The notes: a model not told the origin generated them from the letters alone. DNA of 63,312 bases, filler included, from Choristocarpus tenellus KU-1152 (GCA_964200185.2; 12 parts of 12 records of this genome joined end to end with filler, not necessarily neighbours in it), one strand, 5' to 3'; numbered from the whole stretch's first letter, positions 12,901 through 26,579 are shown. A program made the numbers and translations.

Positions 12901-14390
12901 ACTAACCTGCCACTCGGCCCTCCCCCCCCTTCTCCCCCCCCCCCCCCCCCCCCCCCCCTCCCCCTTCCAACGCATACACACACTTCCCAGCTCCTCGACA
13001 AGTATGCATCCCATATTATACATATTCCCAGTGCAGTTTTTTCACTTGGTGCTCAAAAAATAAATAAAAGACGCTTGTTTGCGCGCTGTTCACAAGTGAG
13101 TGTGTCAGTTGGAGGGGTGTGTTACTTATCTCTGTTGAGTCATTTTCACTCGATTGATTGATTTATTGCACTAGAATGTGAACCTGCTGCAGTTCCTTTT
13201 TAGAACAATTTGATGATCCGGGATAGCACGCTGTTACTTTGCAATGAGGAACATTTTGCTGAGAAGGGGGGGGGGGAGAGAGGAGAAACTAGATGCTTTA
13301 TCCAGACATGTAATCCTTTTGAGTTGCAGCAGCAAAAAAATATGTGCGCTTAGCTCCCTGTGGCCTCTAAGTTTTTCTGTGATTGTTGTGTACTCATGGT
13401 CTGTTGGGTGTCTCTATTTGAACTTTCCGGAGGTTCTGTTGTAGGTGAACTTGGTGATTCAAAGCATGAAAATCCTAACCAATGTCCAACCTTTGTCGAG
13501 AATAGCTAGTTCAGGATGAAAATTTTCGAAATTGTTACCTTTGTTCTTATTTCTTAGGGAAAGGTTTATGCATCTTTGATCGGTTGATTCTATCTTCAAT
13601 CTGTATAATAATAAAAAAGATAGGGCAGTTTTCCTTTCCCAAGAAATCTACTTTATAAGATGTAAGTGCATGTACTTCTTACTAAAGGTAATGTGAGAGG
13701 GTGGGGGGAGGGGTTGTATGGTATATTATACCTCCTATCTCTCACAAAGAAACGGACATGAGACTCAACTTCACCAACCAAGGATGCCAATGGGTATATA
13801 GCAAGCTCACTGCGTACCTGTCTTGCCTGATGGTTTGCAGTAGGTACTTTCTGATGCTAATTGGTGAAACCAATTATCTATGTTAATCCATTTCTCAACC
13901 ACAGGAAAAGATAGTAAAGGCACAGGCTAAGAAAGCAAGACAAGTCATGGATCTTATTGCTAAGGGAATGAGCCCTGAGGAGGCAGAAGCTCAGGTAGAT
14001 CGTAAGCAGAAGACCAAACGTGGCCGTCGTGATAATGGCAGCAGGGGAAGAGGAGGTCTTGGGAGTAGGAATGGGGGAGGGGGGAGGGGTTGGGAACAGG
14101 GGCCCCGGCCTGCTGGTTCTTACCACCCTCTCTCATCTCCCCCTCAGTATATAGGAAGCGGGGCCCCTCCACCCTACCATCACGCCAATGTTGGACCACC
14201 TGTGCCAGGTGTTCCACCGAATGGGAGTGTGCCCAGTGTAAGCCATGCTGGGGTCCCGGTGAATATGTACAAGAATTTCCAAGGGACAGGTGGTCAAGTC
14301 CCACAACCCCCCCACCAAATCCCCCCCCCCCCCCCCCCATTTACCAAGGGGCCTCCCGGGGGGCCCCCACACCCCCCCACGCCCGCCAGA
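9974..14390 (+). CDS. NAF1: H/ACA snoRNP assembly factor NAF1, partial at both ends; exons 9974-10147, 10917-11204, 12622-12768, 13905->14390
   Basis: Phase-0 GT-AG joins give the Gar1/Naf1 domain KPLDEGSVL...PLGRVHEVFGPVVMPHYII, the NAF1 signature KGSDASNYFDEE...LDYSDDEQE, and a Gly/Arg- and Pro-rich C-terminus. Confidence 0.93.
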
Positions 14391-14972
14391 NNNNNNNNNN
14401 NNNNNNNNNNNNNNNNNNNNNNNNNNNNNNNNNNTTAATTAATTAANNNNNNNNNNNNNNNNNNNNNNNNNNNNNNNNNNNNNNNNNNNNTCATATTTTT
14501 TATTGTTCTTTCCATTTCGGATGTAGTCAAAGTGTCTTATTTTTGAGCTGAGCGTCCCGTGTGTGGGGTCTAGCCCAGGAGGTCCATTTGAGTGCCTCTT
14601 GTCATGGAGGGTTGATCCTGTTTTGATGAAGTGCGGAATATCCTGCGCCTTTTAGATATGTCCTTAGTGCTTGGATTTGTGAGGACTGTTATGATGTCAA
14701 GATCAAAAGAAAATTGTGACATGGAAAAATGGGGCTCGAATGGACAGCCAGCACCCCCCCCCAGATAATTGACTTAAGCTGTTCCCCTGTGATAAGGGCT
14801 ATCGATTGAGCTGTGATAGCTCGTCCTAGGGATTTTGTTGTTTCCTAAGCAAGCCTGAGCAGTTACTGTCTATAGTAGGGATGTTTTTGAAGGTATTCTT
14901 GGTGAAACACAGATTATTATATATATCACATGTTAGATTACAAATATATGCACATACATTCCATATGGGCAG

Positions 14973-17175
14973 GCGGAGGAGGACTACGAGCCCTACTCAA
15001 CACTGTGTATGGGTATTGGAGCAACAGCAACAGATCTGTGGGAATGCTACCGTAAGTCAAATGGACTCCACTCCACGCTCTTTAGAGGGCTTTATGCTGA
15101 CCAGTTGGAGCGATGGTTTCATGTGTATGGAAGGGAGAAGGTGAGTTTGATTACAGTATTGCATTTGTGTGTATATACTTTGTTGGATGGGGCCGTATCT
15201 TCTCTACTGGATAATAGGATGTGTCGACACTCAGGGGGTAGGGGAGGTTGATTCCGTCTGCAAGCGTATTGTAATGTATTGAAGTAACTCGAAAATTGTA
15301 CGCACAAACCTTTCTCCATACTATTACAGAGTTTTATGCACCCTTGACAATTTGCAAGTGTACTGATGGGGGAGAAACAAACAGCACACAAGACTCACCG
15401 TTCTCCATATCAATAATCAATAATACAATATTGCATACCAGAAACACACTACATTTTTTTATAATGGGGGCAATGTTTGTTTTCCAGATCATGATTCTTA
15501 TCCCTGAGTCGATTTCACATATACTCCTACTACCTATACTACTACTGTGCTTGGTATGTAGGCATTGTTCTTACCGCCACTTGGTGTGCCAAATGACAAG
15601 GACATGTTGGGTGATATTCAACGACACTCCTCGAACAAAGCCCTCAATGCTTGTTGTTGTCCGTTGTGCTGTCTATAGGTTAAGAAGCATAATTGCTGAG
15701 CCACTGATGCTTGCATCAAATGCCATACACACCATACACATCTTTCCCTCTTCCCCTATTGTCACAAGAGTTTTCCATGTACGCCAGGAATGTAGGTTGT
15801 TGAGTGTGTGTAAAATGCATCAACTCAAGGAGATGGAGTGCTCTCTTCTCTAGAGAGTGATCCCAGTGCTTGCTCATGCCGGGATCAAAACATAAACAAT
15901 ATCCCAAAAAGACGCTAAGATTCAGGTTGTAAGGAGCACACACTAAAAGTAGCACCTGCTCCAAATAGGATGACCTACATATTCCACTGAACTGATTTCA
16001 GCATGCATTATCCCTGCAACATCCACTACTACATAAATATCGCATTACTGTAAGAAATATTAATTGCTCCATGTTATTATTGATGGGTTACATACTATTT
16101 ACATAATGTTCTCAAACCTGAAGCCAAACGTAGATAGATGCACGAAATATAAAATTTGCGGACGTTACGTGCCGAGCAAAATGCTAGGGTTAGAGATACT
16201 GATAGCATCCTGTATTTTGTCAAATACCAAAGTGATCACCAACAGATTGAGCGGGGCGTTGCCCTTTCCTTTCATTTGCCAAGGGCGCTACAGGTTTGTC
16301 TGTGGGAGGTGGAACAAAAAAGGAGCTCTAGAAAGGACCCTTGCTACCTCTTCTTACATTAATTTTTTTGGGCTGTTCAATTAAATTCACGATAATACAC
16401 TTTGTACAGGTTGAAAGATAAATCATACTTCGTGTGCTGCCTACTTCTAAGTGTATCATGTAGCAATATAGATCTAGAGTTCTTTAGAAATGTGTATATA
16501 CTTCCGGTGTGGTTTGGTTTGTTGTGTCGGTTGATATCGACCATAAAGCAGTGTAGATGCAATTTTGTTAGTGCATTTTCACCGTCCGACTCATTTACCT
16601 CAACAACCCTCCAACCCTGTACAAAGGAGAATCTGACCCCAGCACACCTCGATGTACTTTAACTCTCCCCCCTGGATACTCTTTTTGCCGCCAAAAGAGC
16701 AGGGTAGGAGAATGGCATGTGCCCCTTCACATTATCACACACCTGAGCAATTATTACAGATGGTAATCCGGTCAACACATTGTCCGATCAAAGCGTGCTA
16801 GGCAATGGACGTTTTTTCGTCTCCTACTATTCATACTACCCCTCTGCTGTTCTCTGGTTACAATCGCCCTCTTGTTGTTATGATCGCTTCCAGTTCATGG
16901 TGGTGAATGCGCCGGATCTTGTCGTCAACTTCAAAGCCAATGTGAGGCGGATACTCAAGTTCTTGGATCTTCCTTACCGGGATTTACGACGACTGAAATC
17001 TGACGAGGAGTTGCACAGGAGCTGCAATCCAAGAAAAATGGGGGGTCAAATTCGGAAGATGTACACATCGCGCCTGGACGGAGAGCCTAGTGTCCGAATG
17101 TGGTATCGTCAGCACAATGAGCGCCTGTATAAGCTGTTGGGAGTGGATTTTGGGTGGGATGCCAAGATCCTTTAA
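14973..17175 (+). CDS. PAPS-dependent sulfotransferase (heparan sulfate 3-O/NDST-like fold), last two exons only: 14973-15140 and 16894-17175
   Basis: LFRGLYADQLERWFHVYGREK|FMVVN...RILKFLDL...WYRQHNERLYKLLGVDFGW matches the HS3ST/NDST-type C-terminal motifs. Canonical splice sites, phase 0. The 5' part is absent before the linker. Confidence 0.85.
15600..15900 (-). mobile_element. Possible piggyBac-like transposase C-terminal relic inside the sulfotransferase intron
   Basis: Degenerate PGVHGKLL..GKRERCVWC...QLCFL resembles the Cys-rich tail; contains stops. Confidence 0.3.
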
Positions 17176-19899
17176 GTATGTGCATGGTGGAATCTATCAG
17201 TTGTATGATTCATTGCAAGAAAAAGGGTGTCAACGTCGAAGATAGTTTTGTGTATAATCTTGGTTCCAGGGTCAATGAACTTCTGTTATGCTAGGAAGAG
17301 GTAGGAAGCCGAAAATATAGCACGAAACTGAAAAAAGAACTTATTCCTAGAAGAAGAAATATATTTGTTCTATATTCTGCACCCTACTTTAACGGGTAGT
17401 TTGCTTCTGATATAAACAAATTTATTTCTGCTTTTCACTACAGATTTTGATATGTGTGTATATATATAGTTGAATATCCTTCTCTGAAAACACCAGCTTT
17501 GTTTGGTTCAATATTTGGATTCACATTTATATCTAAATATCTACCAGAGCGATCACAGCACGCAGGTACAGAACGCTAATATTCCAGGGGATAACACCTT
17601 GTCACCTCAATAACCATTCTTCCTCTGACGCAAAGCGAGATCGATAGCCTTAAAACACTATGCAGTGTCTCACACAGGGTTTCGTCCTCATCGCACCATG
17701 TTGGGGTACACCAGACTCCTTGTCATGTATTCGCTTCATTGTTATGAGGTGCTTTGGTGGTCACAGGGTAAAACCGTTTGGGAAACTTTACTTTACAAAC
17801 CTATCTCTGTCTACCCTCCGTCAATCACAACCGCATTCGAAACTTGGCGTAACCTTTCGACCAAAGGAGGATACACTTTCGCCTTGGTTCAAAGTTGTGA
17901 ACACTGTTACGCTTTTTTGATGCTAATGTTCCTAATAATTATTCACATTTTAAGCAAGCTTATATCGCCATCCCTTCCCAGCTCTGGAGTACCTCTCGTT
18001 TACGCTAAACCGTCACAGTATTCGATGCTTGCAAGTTAAGTACATCCAAAAATAAGCTTGCGTCTGTGAACAGGTCGTTTCCGTAATAATGGATTTCACA
18101 ATAGTTTTATCGATCAAGGAATTGATTACATTATTCAAAAATCACAATAATTTATGACACTAAACGATGACTTTCTATTTTTCAATACTTCCTCAGTCCA
18201 AGGACATGAACGTACATACAATCAGGTATACAAAATACATTGTTCATGCAACTCATGTAACCAAATCGACCGAAATTTGCGAGATGGTCCACCCCTGACC
18301 CACATGGACAGCCGTCACCCCAACCCACATACCCCAATTAAAAAATTCACGAGATGTTCCCATAAGAAATGCGAGTTCTTAAACAAACCTATCCCCACCC
18401 CTTTGCAGCTCGAGGACATCTCTCACTTACACCAAGCCCCCCTGTATAACACAATATCGACGTACGCCTACGAAAAAAAGTTTTTCGTAATAATATACCT
18501 CACCATACTTAAATCAATTAAACCATTTAGTCACTTCAATTCACCTCGAAATAATCAGCTACACTATTCATCATACTTCAATAAAATAAAAACTCGTTTC
18601 ACTTCACTAGCATGGCTCATTCATAACCCAAATCGTCATAATACTTCGCAATGAATGTAAACATTTGTTCACTTCATGAAGCATAAACCACCAGTTGACC
18701 CTAACCAATTACAGGATATATTTCAATACTTACTGAGCAAAAACACACGAACATGGGTACTTACTTCACTATACTTAAAAATAACCCTAACCATTTTTTT
18801 CCTTCGTAAAAGTCTAAATTACAAATCGCACAAACCAATAATGACAGCATATTTTTCTGTACTAACCCTAACCCAAGAGTAACCAAGTATAAACACACGT
18901 GTCTACAAAATACATTATAAATCCCACGCATGCAAGCAACCCTAACATCGCGACATACATGTTGAAATCGGTCCCAAATGGACAGCTGCCCCTCCCTTCC
19001 AGATAGTTTGACCCCTTACCCTATGAAATCTACCCTATTCCATTGCTTGTGTGTACAACAATGTCCCCAAAATTGATATTCCCCCTTTGCACTCACAAAC
19101 AACACCATATTTCAATGGCATTTTTCGCCAATGTACAAGAAGGCGTGTTTTGGTTACTAGTAGAACCTACTTTATTATTATGCCCACTAATCAATCTGTA
19201 GGTGTTGTCATGGAGGGAACAAAGAAATGCGTAAGTAAAGAATACAACACATCACAAAAAACAATCTGTATTGCTTGTAGTAGAGGTCTTTTGATACACC
19301 GACCAGAGTTGCAGTGTGTTTGAAATACGATAACAATAACAAGAAACCTACAAATGACACTTACTGCTGATGAAACTACTCAACTAGCACTATGAAGGTG
19401 GTCTATGTATGTTTAATATACCGTAGTAGTATACACTAATTGTCTCTATGTGAAATCATCCTTAACACTAGTGTGACATCTGAGGGTCCCAGATCCGTGA
19501 TTGAAAGGTTGCCAGAAGAAGATAATACATCGTTGTTTGAGAGATACAAAACCCAAATACTCCGTGGTGCCATAGAAGAAGAAAATATATTTGAGGCAAA
19601 ACAGTGAAAGAATAAAGAAAAGGAAAAAAACAGAAAGAAAAACTCAGTGTATATAGTATGGTAATGAAGGGAACCCAGGTCCACAAGGCAACGAGAAAGC
19701 GGCATTCAGCAGAAAGTGGTGGTGGTGATGAGTGTGCATGTGCCCTGATTTACTCGGGCTGCCCTTGCTGCTGCTTTAGCATGACATGTGCGGATACTTT
19801 AGTAATTTCCTGAGCTCAGGTCACACACCTCTCAAGAGGCTGACATACCACCAGTATATACAACTTCCCCATCGAGAAAAGGAGCTACTGAAGCTACGG

Positions 19900-21260
19900 T
19901 ATTTCTAAAGTTTCAACAATGTACATCAGTAATCCCCACTGCCTTGGAATATCACGATGCTGCCATGAAGCTCATTGTGTCATCAACCACACACTCACAC
20001 CACCTCTCTCTGTTGGTTGGTTGCCCTTATGCTTCTCCCTTAACCATGACCCCAAGCTTTCTAAAACTGTGTTGCAGGGACATCCACCAGTTCTCCTGTA
20101 CAACTTGCTGCCGTTTTTCAGCTGCAAGTTCTCCGAAAATCAACACCTTTAGAGGTTGCTCATCCCTCATGTGTGGAGCTGACCCTTCGAACAGGAGTAT
20201 CCGTTTACGCAAAGTTGGTCTCTAAACTCTCACACCCGGTCTTCACAAGGGCCTCTTTGTTGTGTGTGATTAGTGTGTTCCCGCTTGCAAAATCCGATCC
20301 AGTGTAGGAGAAATTGGTTGTGGTAGGAGCAAAGCTTCATATAGTGGACCTCTGGCGGAGTGTCCATGTCACACATCATTTTACAGAACCTCAAGTGCTT
20401 AAGGAATTGAGCCTTTAGCATTAGAAATTATGTTATGGTCTTGTCATAAAGGACATAGCTGTGCTTGTGGAAGTAACTCCATGCTTTTTGTATCTGTTGA
20501 CTGATCGTGGTGGTGATAATAACTTCATCACCGATTATGCTTCCGAGAGAATAAACCTGTCAGTTTGCTTGTACAGTGCTGCCTCAAAGCCCGCATCTGC
20601 ACGATATCTGACACCTCATTGGGAGGTTGAAGGCATATAGTCTTTGTCTCCAACTCCGACACGGTCAGCCTTAATGACTTGGCCACTTTCACAATCATTA
20701 ACATCATCCTGGCCAAATCTTGTTGGATCTCAGACACAGCGCCCACATTGTCAGCATAAAGCATATCCCACAGGAGCCCCTCAAATATTTCCCCACTCCC
20801 TGTTGCTTCTCTTCCTCTGAGAGCGAAATCAATTTAGACGTTGCAGGTTTGGACCCTCTTGCATGTTAAGCCATCTTTCTTACCCTGTGCAATACACATC
20901 AACTTAGAAGTAATTCATTGTTTTTTGTGTACAATAGTGTACGCAAAGTCGATATCCCTCCTTTCCACACACAGAGTGACATCACAATTCAGCAAAGACC
21001 TTTTCTACAATTTTATAAAATTGCATCATTTTGCCCTTTCTCGGGATCCATGAAATACGACTCTGCCTATCTCTGAGTTGGTCTGACTCTGACCTGGTTG
21101 TTTTTGGTCGTTCTGTTGATGGTAATAATAATCTTGGAGATGACTGGGTCAGAGGTGAGCTCATTAATCGAAGTGCGACATCTCCTCGGTCCCACACACA
21201 ACACAATCTTATGGTAACTCCGGATGATAGTCTCATCATCCTTTCGATTTCAGGATCTCA
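19900..21260 (-). mobile_element. Decayed RTE-like non-LTR retrotransposon (RT domain and 3' end), interrupted by a family C MITE
   Basis: LWDMLYADN...LARMM...LTVSELETK (YADD region) and RKRILLFEG...KVLIFGEL...NWW. Removing the MITE plus one TGA duplicate restores the frame ELTSDPVI...NQVRGRE...MLYAD. Confidence 0.85.
20821..21089 (+). mobile_element. MITE family C (~270 bp) with 3-bp TGA duplication
   Basis: Imperfect TIRs GAGCGAAATCAATTTAGACGTTGCAG and CTGCCTATCTCTGAGTTGGTCTGACTC. Internal homology to 30614-30893 and 49386-49642. Confidence 0.82.
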
Positions 21261-22339
21261 GCTGAAGGATTTCCTGGTATGCACATTACATTGTAATTGC
21301 GAACCTTTAAGGGAGCATTGTCGTAGAGCTAGTACTAAAATAGGAGTAACTATTTAGATATCTCCTTTACATTTATGACAAGTGTTTCTTTTACAGGGCT
21401 CCTTATGATACAGGCTTGGCATTTTCTCTTACATAATATCTCAAAAAACTAGGAGGGTATAATAATGTAAGTTATACGCACGAACGACAGGCGGGGGTTG
21501 TACCGTATTGGATTTGTACACGAGAAATGAATACTCCAAGTTCTCAATCGTATGATGCTGTGGTGGCGTGGTTTATTCAGCAAAGGGTGATGAATTGAAT
21601 CACCGGACAAGACAGGTTAAATGGTCCATGACGAACCGTAACCGAGAGGACGAGGTTAAGGTTGGAAAAGTGTAAGGTCTGCAGGGAACTTTAGAGAATC
21701 CCAGGGTGATGAGAATCCCAAGAGAGGGGGATCATCGGAATGTCAAGAAGTGAGAACAGAGTGAATCTTTGATGTTTGACAACTCTGACTGAAGAGAGGT
21801 CCCTTACCTGTATAGCTGGCATCTCGAAGAGGTTCCATGGATTCAGTCTCACAAAAGACATCTTCCACTGGAATCCAGGATTCATGGCAAAGAACCTCAA
21901 TAGGTATGAAGGGTATATTGCATACGGCAATAATGGTATGATAACAGACAACCCTGCTTTCCACAAAGTATATATATGATACACAGGATCAGGTTCGACT
22001 CTTTCCGGATGGAATTGGGCAACCTACCAGACGATACAGAACAAGGGGGGAAGTTTTTCACTAGCCCTGTCCCACCACTGGAGCCGGCGTGGGCAAGGGG
22101 CAAATGCATGGGCCGAGCCAAAGTATCTTAGAGGGTAGAGCCGCGTCCATTTGGNNNNNNNNNNNNNNNNNNNNNNNNNNNNNNNNNNNNNNNNNNNNTT
22201 AATTAATTAANNNNNNNNNNNNNNNNNNNNNNNNNNNNNNNNNNNNNNNNNNNNCCCCCCCCCCCCCCCCCCTACATACACAGTTTCCCTCTCCTAGTGC
22301 TCTGTAAGTGTTGTCTCTCTGTGTGTGTGTGTGTTTGGG

Positions 22340-22548
22340 GGTTAGGGTTAGGGTTGTCTGATCGAGCGTGTGGAAAATGAGAACACAATTTTTTTTGTTG
22401 TTGGGGGGGGGGGGGGGGGGGGGGGGGGGTGGGGGGGGGGGGAGAAGGTCTCCTCTACCGTGATGGATGCCTTTTTTAATTTTTGATGTAAACTGTTGAG
22501 GTTTAGTTTTGTAGATGTGCTGGAGGGTTAGGGTTAGGGTTAGGGTTA
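22340..22548 (+). repeat. Interstitial telomere-type (TTAGGG)n tracts and poly-G
   Basis: GGTTAGGGTTAGGGTT at about 22340 and GGGTTAGGGTTAGGGTTAGGGTTA at about 22526. Confidence 0.85.
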
Positions 22549-23120
22549 TGTAACGTACAACTCGTGATGTGGGTGATGATTGATGCGTTTGGGGTGAAGC
22601 CCTTACGAAGAATGAAAATTTGTTTGGAGGACCCTGGTGATTGTCAATATGGTGCCGATGCAGTGAGCTGAAACCATTGAAGAAGGGGGTCTGTTTTGAC
22701 CCATTTTGGCTTTATGACCTCTACAAACCCTTGTGCAATGCATCTGTACGCCATGCCCATGCCTGAAATGTAGTTAACATCCCTTAGGAGGGTGAGGCTG
22801 CAGAGGAGTAGAGTCGTTGTGGATACGTTAGCTGAGAGAGTCTTCAAACAGTCCTCAAACACACATACTAGGAGATATCATAGGATCCCTTACAACTCAA
22901 AGGAGCCCCAAACTCAGTCTCTTTCAGAGGTATCACTCAGTGTGGCCAGTGGATTCCAAGGTGTGCGTGGACGTCAAGCCATGTATGCATGCATCCTGAA
23001 ACATGCACACACACACACACACACACAGATATGCACACTGTCACACCACTAGACAGGCTGATGATGTCGTGCTCTGTCCTTATTGTATGTACGGCATGCA
23101 TCATGTTATATGCGTCAAAG

Positions 23121-25665
23121 TTTCCAGAAGGAGTTCCACGTGTCTCCATTCATGGACATGGATCACACCTACGACTGGCGGTTTTCCCACCCTGGCTTGG
23201 CGTACAAAGATACGCTGAGTGTTCAAACTACCATGCTCAAGGAGGACAGGGTGTTCTTTGATGCGAATTTAACCCTCACGAGGTGAGGCGCTCGGCATCA
23301 TGGGGCAGGAGATTATTATTGCTGTGACTCAATGTGGGGGTACAGTCTGGGGGTTGGTGTGTGGAGGATGAGGTTGAAGGGGGGGAGCACAGGTTGCACT
23401 TTTGAGTGTGTTCGCCTGTGACAAAATATGGTATACCTCTTTTACGCATTTTGTATGGGGACATGCTGCGGTAGAGGGGTAGAGGTCCATGTGATATCTC
23501 TTCCCGTACTGTTGTTTTTTTCTTACTTATATTATTTATTTCTCCGTATCGTTTTTTTTACTATCATTTTTTTTTAATAAGAACCTTTTTTTTGGGGGGG
23601 GGGGGGGGGGGGGGGGTGGAGATAAGGCTCTAACTATGACATTGGCAGAGCGGTATGACATTATGAGATTTTTCTGCGAACAGTAAAAAGAATAAAAACC
23701 CGGTTTGCTTCTTAGTCACACTGTACCCACTGACTAAACCCTAACCCTGTTCTGCAGTTCCTATTGAGAAAAAGAAAAAAAATGGAAAAATCTTCCTAGC
23801 GTGTTTTGAGTTCTGATCTACCTCAGAAAGTTCCAATTAACGGTATCATACCGTTAATATTATTTTTTTTCAAATTTTCTCAGGTTATTGAGGTTCTTTT
23901 TTTCACTATGTGTGATTGTGTGTGTGTGTGTTTGTTTGTTTTTTGTGCCTTAGAGATACCCAGCCTTGTTTTTTTGTTCACTTAGCAAAGTGCTGAGAGA
24001 TGACATCATTTACGTCACATCATGCCTGGAACAGGTCCTATCTGGTCAACACTGGTGCGTTGTTGCTTCCCTGTTCTATTTAATGTACTCGGAAAAACAT
24101 CATCTGTTCTAATCAGAATTTGAAAGGGAACAATAATTTTTATTATGAAGAGTGATGTGAATAATCTGCTATGCTCTAGTGCACCTAAGACTACGTGTGT
24201 GTGTGTGTGTGTGAGAATGTTTTTGTGTTGCTCTTGGGTGCTACGTAGTTGTCACTACTGCTTTGTTGTATCTCCCTATGTCCTTACATGTGTTCTCAGT
24301 GATTAGACCAGGTAGTGGTGTGTTGGATATGACCATTCCTCTTCCCGTAATTGGCAAAGATTTGTGTTGATTTTTGTATTATTTTGTTTGTTTTTTTCAA
24401 AGTTATTTCTAATATCATTCATTCATTAACATTTAATTTTATCATTTGTGGTGGATTTTTTTTCTGATTTTTTTTTTTGGAAGAGAAGATGACCAAGACA
24501 TTAGAGCATGTTTATATCCGAAGAGGAAGTGGTCATGATGGCATCAGAATGAATGGACTGAGGTCGAAGGGATCGCACTTGTCATGCCATGCACATAGGT
24601 GTGTGGTCTTATAATCTCCAAAGCCTAAGGATATATATCTGTTGTTTACATATTAACCTCGGTTTATTTCATTGTTAAATGTTAAGAGGCCTGTAGTTGT
24701 AGTACCTACTGTATTACAGTGATTTATCTCAACCTCTGATGGCTACATTACATTGCATACTTCGCTCGTGTTTCCATTACCTTGGCAGGCATCGCTTTGA
24801 TGCGGCGGGGCTGGCCTTCAACATGGCTGTCTACCCTGCCTACACAATTTTGATGCAGGTTCTCATACACTATCAGGCGGTGAAACTCTGGTTCAAGAAG
24901 GTGAAAGTCTACTCCCTAGGAAGTGGTGCTCTTAGAGCCGTGTTGAGGTACTCCGCCTGAGAATTACACACCAATTACACACCAATTACACACCAATTAC
25001 ACACCAACTTCACACAGCACAAGGTGCTTCGCATATGCCTCTGAGGTTTTTAGAATAGGTTGCTATCTCATTGCCTTGTGCACACCACAGCTCTCGGTGT
25101 TGGTTACAGGTAGCTGTAGTCTTTTTTTTCTGAGGGGAATGCCTCTGTGGTGTGTAAAGCCCAATCCTAAGTTGCAATAGATAAATATGTAATTCTGATT
25201 CAAGGTTTTATTCCTTTTCTTTCTTCTGGAGGATTGTGATGGTGCACCCAATCATCGTTGGGACAACTTCATCTACCTTTCTTGCAGGCTAATATCCTAT
25301 CCATCTGTGCTGTACTTCTGTCTCCTTTCCTTGTGGGCACATCCCAAATTTTTTCCTTTTTTTTCCTCTGTTCTTAAGTTGTGAGAGTATGATGGTGCAA
25401 GATGCCTCGGGCATTTTGTAGAGGAAAGGGTTGAGCTGATTTTGATGTCTCTGCCATGCATGTCACAGCTTCTTGTCCCCTCTGTTTCACATTGTGAATT
25501 TGGGTGCGTCTCCCCCTCCCTCCTTCCCGCCTACCTTAGGTGCCCTTCTACCCACATCCACGTGGGGCAGAAACATCAGCATCGCGCATCATTGCAATGG
25601 TAATGACCCCCTTCTTCCACTTACAGGAAGTATGGGCTAATAAAGGGCGGGAGAAGGCCAGCTGA
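23121..25665 (+). CDS. DUF1365 family protein, last three exons: ~23121-23282, 24789-24900, 25540-25665
   Basis: FQKEFHVSPFMDMDHTYDWRFSHPG...VFFDANLTLTR|HRFD...YPAYTILMQVLIHYQAVKLWFKK|VPFYPHP...* carries the DUF1365 hallmarks FHVSPF, IHxQAxxLW and VPFxxHP. Intron phases 2 and 0 are consistent. The first acceptor position is uncertain. Confidence 0.88.
24962..25007 (+). repeat. 11-bp tandem repeat (AATTACACACC)x4 in a DUF1365 intron
   Basis: Directly visible. Confidence 0.9.
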
Positions 25666-26579
25666 CAGGATGTCATCAACCATTTCCAAAATTTCGAAGT
25701 GTGGTTAAAAGGTTGGGTTGCTTTTTTGTCTGTAGTGCAGTGTATCTATGCAAGAAACCATACGCAGTATATACCAAATGATTTATACCACTGGTGGAAA
25801 ATATCACAATGCAATGTAATAGCAATCCACCGACTTCTGATTCCTTAATCAGCTGTGATCAGGAAATCTGGATATGGTCATGACCTGCACCAGAAAAAAT
25901 GCCTACTTGATACCATTTTTTGAACACCTACCATTAATTCTCAGGGTGAAAATTTCACACTCTTTGAAAGTTTTGGCAAGCTGTGAGAAGGCTTTTAATG
26001 TAACTACAACCAGTTGTATGCTTTTAAGAAGTTGCACTAGGAATTGGCTCAAAGTATCTGGGAGGGGGTGGTGGCTGTCCATTTGGGGTCAATTTTTTCA
26101 TGTCGCGATTTTTGGGNNNNNNNNNNNNNNNNNNNNNNNNNNNNNNNNNNNNNNNNNNNNTTAATTAATTAANNNNNNNNNNNNNNNNNNNNNNNNNNNN
26201 NNNNNNNNNNNNNNNNCCCCCCTCCCAGATACTTTGGGTCATTTTACATATTAGGGTTGTTGACGTTCTATCTGTTATATGATCAACATGGGACCGTACT
26301 CATACCCTAGATTCCAATCTGAATGTATCTTTGATCAAACCATAGTGAATAATCAAAGTGAGAGGTACAGGATATTTGATTGTTACTCATTATTGTCGTG
26401 CCATTACCAAGCCTCATCATCTACCTATGAGATTGAGGGCTGAACCTACGACCCCGTCTCCACCAGGTGTGTGAATACAGTGTTTGAAACATATCATCAG
26501 CCATTCGTTTATTTACTACAACAACGTATCGTGTTTACTACTGTTGTTGTCATCGTGAACATTTCTTGGTTGGCACTTG

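Noticed and set aside
16156-16362. DTDSI motif suggesting a family B DNA polymerase (Polinton/Maverick)
   Set aside because: Isolated five-residue match in a short intronic ORF, with no other PolB motifs.
18154-18882. 166-aa and 68-aa plus-strand ORFs
   Set aside because: AT-rich repeat-derived sequence with no motifs or splice support.
21559-21965. Solo-LTR candidate TGTGG...CCACA
   Set aside because: No target-site duplication, and homology with the 8898 copy extends upstream of the TG.
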